Notes: a model not told the origin generated them from the letters alone. Counted from the first letter of the whole stretch, positions 13,375 through 25,683 are shown. The stretch: 63,806 nucleotides of DNA, filler included, from Reclinomonas americana ATCC 50394 (GCA_048213135.1; 18 parts of 18 records of this genome joined end to end with filler, not necessarily neighbours in it), one strand, 5' to 3'. Made by a program: numbers and translations.

Positions 13375-14539
13375 NNNNNNNNNNNNNNNNNNNNNNNNNN
13401 NNNNNNNNNNNNNNNNNNTTAATTAATTAANNNNNNNNNNNNNNNNNNNNNNNNNNNNNNNNNNNNNNNNNNNNTGGGTGTGTGTTCTCTCTCCAATCTG
13501 TCGCTCTATGTGCTTGGATACTTGTACATGCGCGTGAGGATGAGCTCGCACGGTACACTGTTGCTGAACTAATTTGCTCATACGCTTCGTACAGAATGAC
13601 TTCTTCCTACCTGGCCGTGCGCAGTCGGCTTCTGCCGTCGCTGAGATTGAGCGGCGACCATGGTCGGCCTGTTCCACGGTTCTCGCTGCGCGCGGGCACG
13701 GCAAGTGTGCCCCGGCTGTCGCAGCAACGCCAGCACGAGGGCGCCTGTACACGTCCAACGTGGACATGGCGGCCACCGTGTGCTGCTTGCGCCTGTGCCC
13801 AGCATGCAGAGAGTATTGAATCATGCAGAGAGTATTGAATGTCAATGAATGAATGCATGACTCGTTGGCACAAACAAATGCGGGGCGTGCGGTGTGCGGT
13901 GGTGGTGGTAGGCAGCCGGTAGTACGGGCTGCTGCGGCGCGCTCCGCACACGGCGGAATCCCTCGGATTCTGAAAGCGAGGTGCGTAATCCCTGGTGTCC
14001 AACTGGATGTAAGCGGATTACATGAAATCACGAAGGATTCCGCACTCTTTGGCACAGAAACCTTCGTGACACCACCGGATTGCGTCGCACTTAACCTCTG
14101 GCCTCTCCCTCTCTTGCGTTCAGCAGATGAGCGAAAAAACGACTAAGTCCGACAATGCAACTGCACATCAAAGAACTCGAGAAGTACAACACCACACGCC
14201 TGTGATCGCGGTTCACTGGGTGGAACATAAACTCCCACACACACTCTGCTGTGAAGGAGGGCAAACAAGCGACTGTGCGTCGAGCATGCACGGCAAATGC
14301 CCCCTGGAGATGACCAAAAATGGCAATGCACCACAAAACACACTGCCAGAGGGAACCACAGCGCACGCACCTGGTGCGCAACAGTGAGTTCTCCAAGGTG
14401 GTGCACGTCAGAGGTCGCGCCACTCCACGGGAGAGGAGAGAGGTGGGAGTTTGCTCACTGAGCACACCGCGACAACTGAATCCAGGACGGGGGAAATCCG
14501 GGCATTTTCCGGCAGAATCCGCCAAATGAGCGTGGGATC

Positions 14540-14560
14540 CTGGGTCGCGGTCTTCCGGGG
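14540..14560 (-). repeat. Right terminal inverted repeat
   Basis: Reverse complement is ccccggaagaccgcgacccag. Confidence 0.85.
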
Positions 14561-15480
14561 AGATTGAGAGAAAGAGAAGCTGGAGAGAGATTGAGAGAAA
14601 TAGAAGCGGGAGAGAGACTGAGAGTGAAAGAGAAGGGGGAGAGAGACTGAGAGAGAAAGAGAAGCGGGAGAGAGACTGAGAGTGAGAGAAGGGGGAGAGA
14701 GACTGAGAGAGAAAGAAGGGGGAGAGAGACTGAGAGAAAGAGAAGCGGGAGAGAGACTGAGAGAGAGAGAAGGGGGAGAGAGACTGAGAGAGAAGCGGGA
14801 GAGAGATTGAGAGTGAAAGAAGCGGGAGAGAGATTGAGAGTGAAAGAAGGGGGAGCTCGAGAGAGACTGAGAGAGAAGCGGGAGAGAGATTGAGAGTGAA
14901 AGAAGGGGGAGAGAGACTGAGAGAGAAGCGGGAGAGAGATTGAGAGAGAAGCGGGAGAGAGATTGAGAGAAAGAGAAGCGGGAGAGAGATTGAGAGAAAG
15001 AGAAGCGGGAAAGAGATTGAGAGAAAGAGAAGCTGGAGAGAGATTGAGAGAAAGAGAAGCGGGAGAGAGAGATTGAGAGTGAAAGAAGGGGGAGAGAGAC
15101 TGAGAGAGAAAGAAAAGGGGGAGAGAGATTGAGAGTGAAAGAAGCGGGAGAGAGACTGAGAGAGAAAGAGAAGCGGGAGAAAGTCTGAGAGAGAAAGAAG
15201 GGGGAGAGAGACTGAGAGTGAGAGAAGGGGGAGAGAGACAGAGAGAGAAAGAGAAGCGGGAGAGGGACTGAGAGAGAAAGAAGCGGGAGAGAGACTGAGA
15301 GAGAAAGAGAAGGGGGAGAGAGACTGAGAGTGAAAGAAGGGGGAGAGAGACTGAGAGAGAAAGAGAAGCGGGAGAGAGATTGAGAGAAAGAGAAGCGGGA
15401 GAGAGAGACTGAGAGAGAAAGAAGGGGGAGAGAGACTGAGAGAGAGAAGGGGGAGAGAGACTGAGAGAGAGAGAGAAAGG
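14561..15480. repeat. GA-rich minisatellite, right half
   Basis: Same units and orientation as 8565-9095. Confidence 0.9.
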
Positions 15481-17767
15481 AGAAGTGAGCACGCGGCAAC
15501 TTACAGTCACTGTGGATGTTGAGGAGGATGCGGTGAAAGAGAACGAGAGACTGGCGCGCGGGAGACATACAGACAATCTGAAGCGCGCAAGGAGAGAGAG
15601 AGGAGGGGGAGAAGAAGAATAGAGTACGAGACACGAAAAAATGAACTTACATGAGAAAGAAAACCGCGCGCGACGACGATGAAGAAGACGAGTCGAGGCG
15701 AGAAGGCGGATTACCAGCACGCACTGCGCGAGTAACCCATCTCACTCGCATGAGCAAGCGAGCACGAGAAAGAGAGACTGAGGATTGGATGGAGACGAGT
15801 GACTGGGAATGGGAGCGGGAACAAAATCGATCAACCTGTAGATAAGGGAAAATTGAAGAGAGGCCAACTTGAGCGACACGGCAACCACCCGCAACAGAGA
15901 CGCGCGCGCCGGCGGAGGAGCAACGAGAAGGGACAGGAGCAGTGAGAGAGGAGAGAAAGGCCAATCGGGGAAAGGCGGCAAGAGGAGCAAGGTGAAGATA
16001 AAAAGAGAAGGAACAGGGGGATGTTGAACCGTGCATGGGAAGAGTGGAAAAGGAAGTGAAGGAGAATAAAGAAAGTATTGCTACAGTGCGTCACAAAATA
16101 GACAGAAGACTGACGCGGGAAAACATGTAGATAGAGAGATGGAGAGAGCAGAGAGGAAGAGTGAGAGAGAGAAGAGAGAGGAGAGAGATGGCGAGAGAGA
16201 GAGAAAGCAAACGCAGACCTTTTACCAAGTCGATCGTTCCAAAGATACATCACCATGAACAGCAAGGTGGGAACCGTGTACGTGACCTCGACGGCTCATT
16301 GCGTGAAAGTGACACGATTGGCGGTGTTGCTGCATCGCTGCTGCTGCGCACGCAACACAACAAGAGATACGCGAGTGAGAAAGTGAGCAGGACAAGAATA
16401 CAACGATTCCTCATCCACTCCCCACACATCCACACTCGCACACACCTCATATAGTCGTCGCCAGCGCCCTGCACTCTCCCTTCTCATTGGGAAGGACGCC
16501 GGGAAGGCATGGAGATGACTCCAGGCTTGCTGCTCGCCAAGCAAACGGTAGTCGAGGAGATGCAGTGGAGATCAGCAGGGACGGAACAGAACGGGAGTTG
16601 TGCTTCGTGGATACTTGCACATCAACATGAGCATCTGCGTGAACAGGAACCAATGCGGCTGCGAGTGAGCATGCAGCACGAGAAGAGAGAGCGATAGAGA
16701 GAGAGAGAGACAGAGAGAGAGATCACCTTCTCAGTTCCATAGCTGCGCTGCAACACACACTTACTCTTCAACCGTCTCAACAAACCAACGACTTTTCAAG
16801 GCAGTGACAACAATCAAACTCACACACAAACTCGTCCAGTGCATTGCAAAACGAGTACGCGGGAAGGGAAACAAGGACACGGGGTGCGACGCGCGAGTGT
16901 TTGTGGCACGACTGTGACGATATGCGTCGGTGTGCGTGTGATGCAACCAAACCACAAATCGATTGGCGAGTACATATGAAGTGAACAGCGAAAAGAGTGA
17001 GCGAGAGAGCGAGAGAAAGGGAGAGCGCGAGAGAGAAAGAGAAAGCGCGGGAGAGAAAGAGAAAGCATGGGAGAGATGTGAGGTGAGAGTAAAGAGAAAA
17101 AGAGCTGTACACGAGTGACGAAGTGTGAACGGGGGAGGGAGGGATCCGTTAAGGTGGAGATGTAGCGTGCGCTGACGGGCGGGAATGGAGTGAGAATAAG
17201 CGGATGGTGGATGAACAACGCTGCATGCACGTTGACAACCGCAAGAGGCGAAGAAAGGAAGAGAGGCTTTCTCACTCTCTTCTCTCTCTCTTCACTCTCT
17301 CTCTCTCTTTCTCTCTCTCTCTCTTCACTCTCTTCTCTCTCTTCTCTTTCTCTTCTCTCTCTCTCTTCTCTCTCTCTTCTCTCTCAATCTCCCTCTCTAT
17401 CACTCGCTCTGGCTGGTATGAGACGACAACATACACATCCACACTTCAACTGGTCGCCCTGCATCACTCGTACTTAACTCGTTTCACCATCGCCTTCCTC
17501 TTCAATTCCCAACACGTCCAGCAGCGCTCCGTCTGTCTCTCTCACCGTCTCTCTCTCTCTCTCTCTCTCTCTNNNNNNNNNNNNNNNNNNNNNNNNNNNN
17601 NNNNNNNNNNNNNNNNTTAATTAATTAANNNNNNNNNNNNNNNNNNNNNNNNNNNNNNNNNNNNNNNNNNNNCTACTACTACGTACGTCGTCGTCGTCTC
17701 TCTCTACTACTTACTACTACTCTCTCCTCCTCTCTACTACTACCTACTCACCCGACGCCGCGTCGTC

Positions 17768-17835
<68 letters not shown>

Positions 17836-18233
17836 CCTCTCTCCTCCCTCTCTCTCTCCTTCTCTCTCCTTCTCTCTCCTTCTCTCTCTTTCTCTCACAC
17901 ACACACTCATCCGAACTCAGCTCCTACCGAGGACAGCAACTGCGCAGTGCAAGTGCGTTCGCCTTGGCGGGACTCTCTCGATCGTCCCTCTCCCTCCTCT
18001 CTCTCTCTCTCTCTCCCTCGTCGCACAAATGCACGCAAACCAACACAAGCGTATACACAGACGACACGCAAACGACATGTAGTGCTCACCGTTTCCCACA
18101 AGAACACACGACAATCACCACGGGACAGGAAAAGAACACTGAAGATCGCAGAACTTGCACGCAAACGCACGGACTCACCCACATGCACACACACACACAC
18201 ACAAACAAACACAAACACACGCAACACACACAG

Positions 18234-18274
<41 letters not shown>

Positions 18275-18344
18275 CACGTAAACACGAGACACAAGAACAG
18301 CGTAACGCGCGCACAGGACGAGGCGACGTCTCGCTGAACTTGCG

Positions 18345-19997
18345 CGTGTTACGCCTTGACCTATGTGGCTCACGTGGGTTCTTCCTGATGGCGAGACGAC
18401 GGCCTCCAACATGCGCTCATTAAACCACTTGCCCCAACAAGATGCAGATGGTGTTCCAGAGGGCGGCGGAAGTGTCCTGATCGATTGCGCCGCCTCTGGT
18501 GTTCACCACACACACCACTGCACACACCAGTGCACAGTGCTTGCTCTGCTCTCCACCAACACCTTGCTCGGTCTCTGGAGTACACGCTGTGTGCGTCAGT
18601 GGCGAGAGCACCCACTCTGTCACCTTGCGGTCGATGCGCGATCGTGTTTCGCGTTGACCTGCGTGGCTCACATGGGTTCTTCCTGATGGCGAGACGATGG
18701 CCTCCAACATGCGCCCATAGAACCACTTGCCCCAACAAGATGCAGATGGTGTTCCAGAGGGTGGCGGAAGTGTCCTGAACCAGAGACTCTTGATTGCGCC
18801 GCCTCTGGTGTTCACCACACACACCACTGCACACACCAGTGCACAGTGCTTGCTCTGCTCTCCACCAACACCTTGCTCGGTCTCTGGAGTACACGCTGTG
18901 TGCGTCAGTGGCGAGAGCACCCACTCTGTCACCTTGCGGTCGCTGCGCGATCGTGTTACGCCTTGACCTGCGTGGCTCACATGGGTTCTTCCTGATGGCA
19001 AGACAACGGCCTCCAACATGCGCCCATAGAACCACTTGCCCCAACAAAATGCAGACGGTGTTCCAGTGGGCGGCAGAAGTGTCCTGAACCAGAGACTCTC
19101 GATTGCGCCGCCTCTGGTGTTCACCACACTCGCCACTGCACACACGCATACACAGTGCTTGCTCTGCTCTCCACCAACACCTTGCTCGGACTCTGGAGTG
19201 CACGCTGTGTGCGTCAGTGGCGTCAGCACCCACTCTGTCATCTTGTGGTCGATGCGCGATCGTGTTACGCCTTGACCTGCGTGGCTCACATGGGTTCTCC
19301 CTGATGGCAAGACGACGGCCTCCAACATGCGCCCATAGAACCACTTGCCCCAACAAAATGCAGATGGTGTTCCAGTGGGCGGCGGAAGTGTCCTGATCGA
19401 TAGACACTTGATTGCACCGCCTCTGGTGTTCACCACACTCACCACTGCACACACGCATACGCAGTGCTTGCTCTGCTCTCCACCAACACCTTGATCGGAC
19501 TCTGGAGTGCACGCTGTGTGCGTCAGTGGCGAGAGCACCCACTCTGTCACCTTGCGGTCGATGCGCGATCGTGTTTCGCCTTGACCTACGTGGCTCACAT
19601 GGGCTCTTCCTGATGGCGAGACGACGGCCTCCAACATGCGCCCATAGAACCACTTGCCCCAACAAAATGCAGACGGTGTTCCAGAGGGCGGCGGAAGTGA
19701 GACACTTGATTGCGCCGCCTCTGGTGTTCACCACACTCGCCACTGCACACACGCATACACAGTGCTTGCTCTGCTCTCCACCAACACCTTGCTCGGACTC
19801 TGGAGTGCACGCTGTGTGCGTCAGTGGCGTCAGCACCCACTCTGTCATCTTGTGATTGATGTGTGATCGTGTTTCGCCTTGACCTACGTGGCTCACATGG
19901 GCTCTTCCTGATGGCAAGACAACGGCCTCCAACATGCGCTCATGAAACCACTTGCCCTTTCTCGGTGGAGGCGGTGTTCCAGGGGGCGGCGGAAGTG
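18345..19997. repeat. Tandem satellite, ~309-bp unit, ~5.3 copies
   Basis: ttgacct-(c/t)gtggctcac recurs with spacings of about 298, 309, 309, 309, 298; the two short units each lack 11 nt near ggaagtgtcctga. Confidence 0.95.
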
Positions 19998-20029
19998 CGC
20001 GCGCTGGTGTCCTGCGTCGATCTTTTGTG

Positions 20030-20091
<62 letters not shown>

Positions 20092-20204
20092 GACGACGTA
20101 CGTANNNNNNNNNNNNNNNNNNNNNNNNNNNNNNNNNNNNNNNNNNNNTTAATTAATTAANNNNNNNNNNNNNNNNNNNNNNNNNNNNNNNNNNNNNNNN
20201 NNNN

Positions 20205-21593
20205 CTGGCGACAAGGTTGGTCGATCGATTGCATCTTGTGAAGTGTGACGACGAACCTGACACCGCTGCGGTCACAGAACGACGGCACGGAGCATGCTGT
20301 GCGCTGTGCCTTTACTCTCTTCCGTAAGGCAGCCGATCTCGGGCATGTGACGGCCCAGTTCAATGTCGGTAACATGCTACTCGAGGGACAAGGAACGACG
20401 CGAGATGTGCCGCTGGTCTGATTAGATTTGATCTCACGCTCATTCATTTGCTCGCCGACAACGGTGAATCTCAACGCGCGCGCGCACATGCACATGGATG
20501 GCACAGGCAGCCGAGTACTACCGAATGGCGGTCAATGCGTCGCCACCGAAGAAACCGCCGCTCACCCCTGAGCAGCGGGCAGAGCGCGATATGATGCTGC
20601 TGGAGGCGCAACGAGCACGTGAGAGCTTCGAGCCCGACTGGGATCCAGTGGATCGCACTGAGAATGTGCGTGGTGGTGCTGCTGCGGGCGTCTGCGCGGA
20701 AGTGCCCACCGCAACTCATTGTGTTTGTCGTCGTGACACAGAATATCGTCATTGGATGGGCTGCGCCAGGCGAATTGTTTGCCGGCACCGAGCCCGACGA
20801 GAACGAGATGCCGCCGTGGACGCTGCCGCCGGTGACTGTGGAGGACGAAATGTCGCTGCTGCACAAGCTGTGGAATTCCCATGGTGGGGGGTTTTCGTCG
20901 CCCGACGATGCGGAACGAGTGCCGGGTCACGCGCTCGCCGCATTCAATTTGGCGATCCTGTACGAGCGCGGCGAAATCTCCGTTCACTCGGAAATGGCGC
21001 GCAATCACTTTGTGCTGAGGTTGGTTTGCCAGTGGTGCTGTGTTGGTTCGCTCCGCTGTGCGACGCACTGATCTCCCGAGGACATGCACAGATACTTGCG
21101 ACTGTCGTCGAATGGCAACTGCCCGCTGGCCAACATCAAGCTGTCCAACATGTACCGCGATGGCACGGGCGGCGTGGAGCGCGACTTGCGACTGGCTGGC
21201 GTGTTCATGGCGCGCAATTACCGTGTGGCCGAGACTGCACCACAAACGATGGAGTCGCTGTTGGACTTGTGGGCACTGGGACCGCACGCCCGTGAGGCGC
21301 GGCTGGAGACGATGCGTGTGCTCCGTCTCAAGATGCACCAGGGCGACCCGCGTGCTTTTTGTGTAATGGGCCAACTGTACTTGACTGGGGCGGCGGGCTT
21401 GCCGCGCTCGCTACCGCGCGCAGTGCACTTGTTGCAGGCGTCGGCCGCCAGCGGGTGGCGCGAGGCCGTGGAATGGCTCGATGCCATTGCCGAAATGATG
21501 CCGCCAGTGTCACGCGTTTTGCTGGAGACCGACAGTGCTACGCAGCCGGCGCCAGTGCCACCACCACCGCCACCACTATCACAACAATCATAA
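20205..21593 (+). CDS. SEL1-like repeat protein (5' partial)
   Basis: LFRKAADLGHVTAQFNVGNMLLEGQGTTRD..AAEYYRMA; AAFNLAILYERG; LSNMYRDGTGGVERDLRLA; MGQLYLTGAAGLPRSLPRAVHLLQASAASG. Confidence 0.85.
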
Positions 21594-21696
21594 TGCAGCA
21601 TAGATTTTCAATCCGAAGCACGGATGGCAGATGGTAAGCACGAGAAAAAAAGAGGGGGAGGACAGTGAGACGGGCGAGAGCAGAGCGACGGCTGCA

Positions 21697-23006
21697 TCAC
21701 AGGCATGGTGTGCCAAAGGCGCGAATGCGGGAGATGCCACCGTCGGGGAACATGGTCAGACGCAGGTGGGTGATTGGACCAGCCTCCGGGTCGGCGTCAA
21801 AGTGATGAATGTGATCGGCGCGCAGCTGCGTGCGTGGCAACACCGGACGCCAGTTGAAAATCGGAAGCTCGCCATTCAACATGTGCAAGTCGTCCGTATC
21901 CGCCTGGCAGCCATCAACCTGTTCCGCACGCGCGCCGGTCGATGAGACCTCGTAAGCGCATCATCAAACTGGAGCACAGAACTCACCTGGCATGACTCCG
22001 GGTAGTTGCCCTTGAAGTGTGCCGTGTCGATCACCAACCGGCGAACCACGCCCGTCGTGCCGAGCTTGAGGATGGCCCAGTCGGAACCCGGAGCCACGAC
22101 CAAGCCCGAGGCCTGGTCCATGACCAGCACCGGCGGTCGCGTCAGCTTGCGAGCCGTCTCCCATCCGTCGCCCATGTTGATGCCACGGCCGGGTTGAATG
22201 AGGTTGCGCGGCTCGCCAAAGTGCTTGTCGCTGCAGCCGAGCGCCACACCGCCAGACTCGACGGCCGCCAGGTCCACTTCCTCATCGCCAGCGCGCCACT
22301 GCACCGCCACGTCGCCCCACACACGAAGGCGCGCAATGCCACCGTCGGGGAACATGTTGAGGCGCAGATGCGTGTACCGCTTGTCGCTGTCGACCTCGAA
22401 GAACTGGCGGCGCGAGTCCTCGTAGCCCGGCTCGAGCGGAGTGAACGGCACCAGCTCATCCCACTTGTCACTCTCCAAGCGATTGGCCAGCTCGAATTCC
22501 TCCGGCGTCGCCGCCACGCCGCACCGCTTCCCCCAGCCACGCAGCGGCGCCAGACGCTCATCGTCGGCACTCAAGCTCGTGGCGTACACACTGGCGCGCG
22601 GTGCATGATTTCCCGTGAAGAACGCCGTGTCGATCTCAATGCCGCGAATGCGCCCCGGCATGCCCAGCTCCAAGATGCACCAATCGTGACCGGCGGTGCG
22701 ACGCCGACGCGACTCCCACCCATCCATCCACTTGCCGAACGGCGTGTACACATCCACACGGAACTCGGGCTCGCTCGACAACATGAGACGATAGGCGCCG
22801 GCAAACCACTCGTCGCTGGCAAACAACACTCGCCCACCCGTGCGCTCCGCCGCCAAGTCGGTGAGCGGGCGCGAGCTCAACCACTCGGGAACCGCGCCCA
22901 CTGCGCCCGCGCCAACCGGGCGCTTGGCGCCGCCGCGGATCACCACACACGGGACCTTTTGCGCCACCTCATCCGTCACCACTCCCGACACGTGAATGCC
23001 TTCCAT
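21697..23006 (-). CDS. ALLC: Allantoicase (allantoate amidinohydrolase)
   Basis: Two allantoicase repeats: SDEWFA..GKWMDGWESRRRR..GHDWCI..DTAFFTGN..THLRLNMFPDGGIARLRVWG and SDKHFG..MGDGWETARK..DTAHFKGNYPESC..THLRLTMFPDGGISRIRAFG; one intron at 21919-21986. Confidence 0.97.
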
Positions 23007-23078
23007 GATTGCGCTTTGAGTGACGAGCGAGTGATCCTGTCCTGCTACTTGCATTATCTCAAGTTAAGTTCCGAAGCA
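23007..23078. promoter_or_regulatory. 72-bp divergent intergenic region, putative bidirectional promoter
   Basis: Lies between the allantoicase ATG (23006, -) and allantoinase ATG (23079, +); TTATC (GATAA on -) at 23054-23058. Confidence 0.6.
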
Positions 23079-23805
23079 ATGCGCGAGGGACCTGCGCTGC
23101 AGCAACGCAGCAGCACCAATGCGAACAACGCCAGCAACAACAACACCAACACCGCCACGGCGACGACGACTGCTGTGACGACACGAAGTGCACGTCATGC
23201 GTGGTATCTGCACCCGGCGCTGTTTGTGACTCTGCTGGCAGTGGCCAGTGTGGTTCTCCTGCACAACCACATGTCGCATGAGGTGCCAGCTAGTGGTACT
23301 GTCGAGCCTCAGGAAGTAGAGAAGGTCGAAGAGCCACCAGTGCCGCCAGTGGCGGAGGGCAAGATCCGACCATTTGCGCTCGTGTCTCGTCGCGTGCTGA
23401 CCGACAGTGATGACGTGCGTGCGGCGGCGGTGCTGGTCAACGAGGACGGCATTGTGGAGCGCGTGCTANNNNNNNNNNNNNNNNNNNNNNNNNNNNNNNN
23501 NNNNNNNNNNNNTTAATTAATTAANNNNNNNNNNNNNNNNNNNNNNNNNNNNNNNNNNNNNNNNNNNNGTGTGGGATCCCGACGCGCCCTACACCATTGA
23601 TCCGTCGCGCACGTTCCACCGACACAAGCGCTCGCCGTTTGACAATGTGCACGTGCACGGTGTGATCCACAAGACGTACGTGCGCGGCCGCCTGGTGCAC
23701 GTGGACAGCGAAGAGGATATTGCGGAGGAGGAGAGTGTCGAAACGTCGGGCCCGGGCAAGCTGATGTATCGCGACCCGGCCACTGGCAACATCCGTCTCG
23801 ACTGA
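23079..23805 (+). CDS. Allantoinase (amidohydrolase); middle lost in the gap
   Basis: N-terminal hydrophobic segment, then FALVSRRVLT..AAVLVNEDGIVERV; after the gap VWDPDAPYTID..FHRHKRSPF..VHGVIHKTYVRGRLV, typical of allantoinase/dihydroorotase-family C-termini; gene context favours allantoinase; metal-binding His residues not visible. Confidence 0.8.
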
Positions 23806-23917
23806 GGTCGAAGCGTGCGCATGAACGACTTGGGGGGGAGCGTTTTTATCTCTCGTGTGACGTTGCAATGCAACACGCCATTTTTTGTGAGTCGCTCTGC
23901 TCCTCCGAATCCACTCA

Positions 23918-25683
23918 TCACTCGCTCGCTCCCATGCTCTCCTCAAAGGCCGCCACCGCGCCCGAACCGTCCTTGTATCCCAAATGAGCAAGAGCCTCCT
24001 CCAGAGCGGCCAGAGCCTGTCGTGGGTGCGCAGAATTCGGTCTCGCCGATGGACCTGGATGCAAACAACAGCGCACACATGATTAGTTGTCCACATGCAC
24101 ACACAAAAGCACTGCGAGGTTGCACGCAACCCATGGTGCCGATGCGGAAGTAGCGCGTCTTGATCTCCTTGTGCAGACCACCGGCAATAACGACTCCGCG
24201 CGCTCCCACCGCCGGCAGCAGGTTCGGCAGGGTGACACTTTCGGGTCCGTCGGGCAGGTAGACGCACGTCAGTGTGTTGGCCGCATGCGCAGCGTCAGTG
24301 GGCACCAGGCGCAGACCGAGCGCAGCAATGGCGGCACGCATGGCACGACCGACACGACGCTGCTCGTCAAAGCGGCGATCGATACCGCCATCCACATTCA
24401 GCAGCTGGTCCAGGCCCACCGACAGCTGCTGCACGAGATTCACCGCTGGCGTGGCAAAGTAGCTCGGCGTACCAGCCTCGTAGGCCTTCATGATGGGCTC
24501 CCATCGTGCCCAGTCGGCGTAGTATGAGGAGCAGCGGCCCTTGGCGGTGCGTGCCTGCAAGGCCCGCGGACGAACCATCAGCAGGCACAGGCCAGGCGGC
24601 ACACCGATGCATCTGCGGGCGTGTTCAGCACGGTGACGCAAGCGGACGAGGCGGAGTACAGCAACGGAACTTTTGCGAGCCCGTCATGGCCATATCCACG
24701 CCCCACTCTTGCATGCGCAGCTCCTCGCCACCAATGGAGCACACTGTCACACACACACACACACACACACGCACACACACACACACCAGAATGAGTACGC
24801 GCGCGCTGTGCACGGGCAGAAAGTCGCGCACTTACCTCCATCGACAGCCACCAGCGTATCGGGCGACACCGCCTGCACCAACTCGGCAATCGCCTTCGGG
24901 TCCGTGCGCACACCAGTCGACGTGTCCACGTGCGTGACGGTGATCATCTTGAACGGACCCTCCGTCTCCAGCAACTGGCGCACAAGTGCCAGCGACGGCA
25001 CTCCGCCAACACCAGCCTCGGCACGCGCATGAACCACCACTGCACCATACGTCTGCATATGCACCTCTACTTGTAAGGAAAAAAACAACATACACCACCA
25101 ACACGGCAATTGCACACCTCGAGGCAATCGCCAAAGCTGCACACAGCGTCAGCATCTCAGCTTTGCTATAGACAGAGCGCACAATGCAAGACGAGACGAC
25201 TCACCTGTCACCAAAGTACCTGCAACACCGCAGCGCAGCGGGTGTGAGTGCAAGCAGTGGTGGTGGTGACAATGGAGCTCTATTGTGGCGACACTCACCC
25301 TGTATTCACCACCAACACCTTATCGCCGGCCTCCACCACATTCGACGCAATCGAGTCCCACCCGAGACTCCCGGAGCCCGTGATAACAAACGGCTGACCG
25401 TCGGCTGCCAGAAACACATCGCGCTGCCCGAGATGCAATCACAAATCATCAGACTTGACCTTTTGTCTCTCTCTCTTGCGCTCTCTCACGTCGCACGTGC
25501 CATCTGTGTCAGACACTTGCCAAACACTCGAATGAAGCCTGCATCCACATGCGAGGTGCCGCCGAGACGCACACCGCCCATCAGCACATCCTCATCGAAC
25601 TCAATCGGACCCGGAATCATCAGTGTGCGTCGCCCCTCGGCAAGCACACTGGGAGAAGAAGAAGAAGAAGACGAGGAAGCCAT
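23918..25683 (-). CDS. AGX1: Class V PLP aminotransferase, alanine:glyoxylate aminotransferase (fungal AGX1-like)
   Basis: TLMIPGPIEFDEDVL..SHV; QPFVITGSGSLGWD; TGYFGDSFGDCLETYG; TVTHVDTSTGV; VDGVCSIGGEELRM..TGSQK (PLP lysine)..GVPPGL; SYFATPAVNL; AGGLHKEIKTRYFRIG..ALEEALAHLGY; multi-exon. Confidence 0.9.

Larger units (their letters stand above)
9096..14560. mobile_element. TIR DNA transposon, CMC/EnSpm(CACTA)-like, probably decayed; spans two linkers
   Basis: 21-bp TIRs ccccggtagaccgcgacccag (9096-9116) and ctgggtcgcggtcttccgggg (14540-14560), 20/21 match; AGA on both sides (9093-9095, 14561-14563); removing the element plus one AGA restores the minisatellite unit gggagagagattgag. Confidence 0.8.

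Noticed and set aside
14408..15720. Long Ser/Leu/Phe/Pro-rich ORFs (also 7177-9219, 56139-56888, 59953-60691, 62093-63121)
   Set aside because: Translations of pyrimidine-rich satellites and intronic repeats that lack stops by composition
15480..17570. Protein-coding gene between the satellites
   Set aside because: Intron-like pyrimidine tracts on the minus strand, but no recognisable or consistently spliceable product
18345..19997. CRISPR array or 5S rDNA array
   Set aside because: Whole units repeat with no unique spacers; gatggcgagac resembles the 5S C-box only faintly and nothing else matches
22017..23078. 499-aa plus-strand ORF overlapping allantoicase
   Set aside because: Antisense shadow of a GC-rich gene that runs in frame into allantoinase; the real start is likely 23079
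23918..25683. PucG-type ureidoglycine aminotransferase
   Set aside because: The allantoicase route does not make ureidoglycine and the motifs look AGX1-like; not formally excluded without phylogeny
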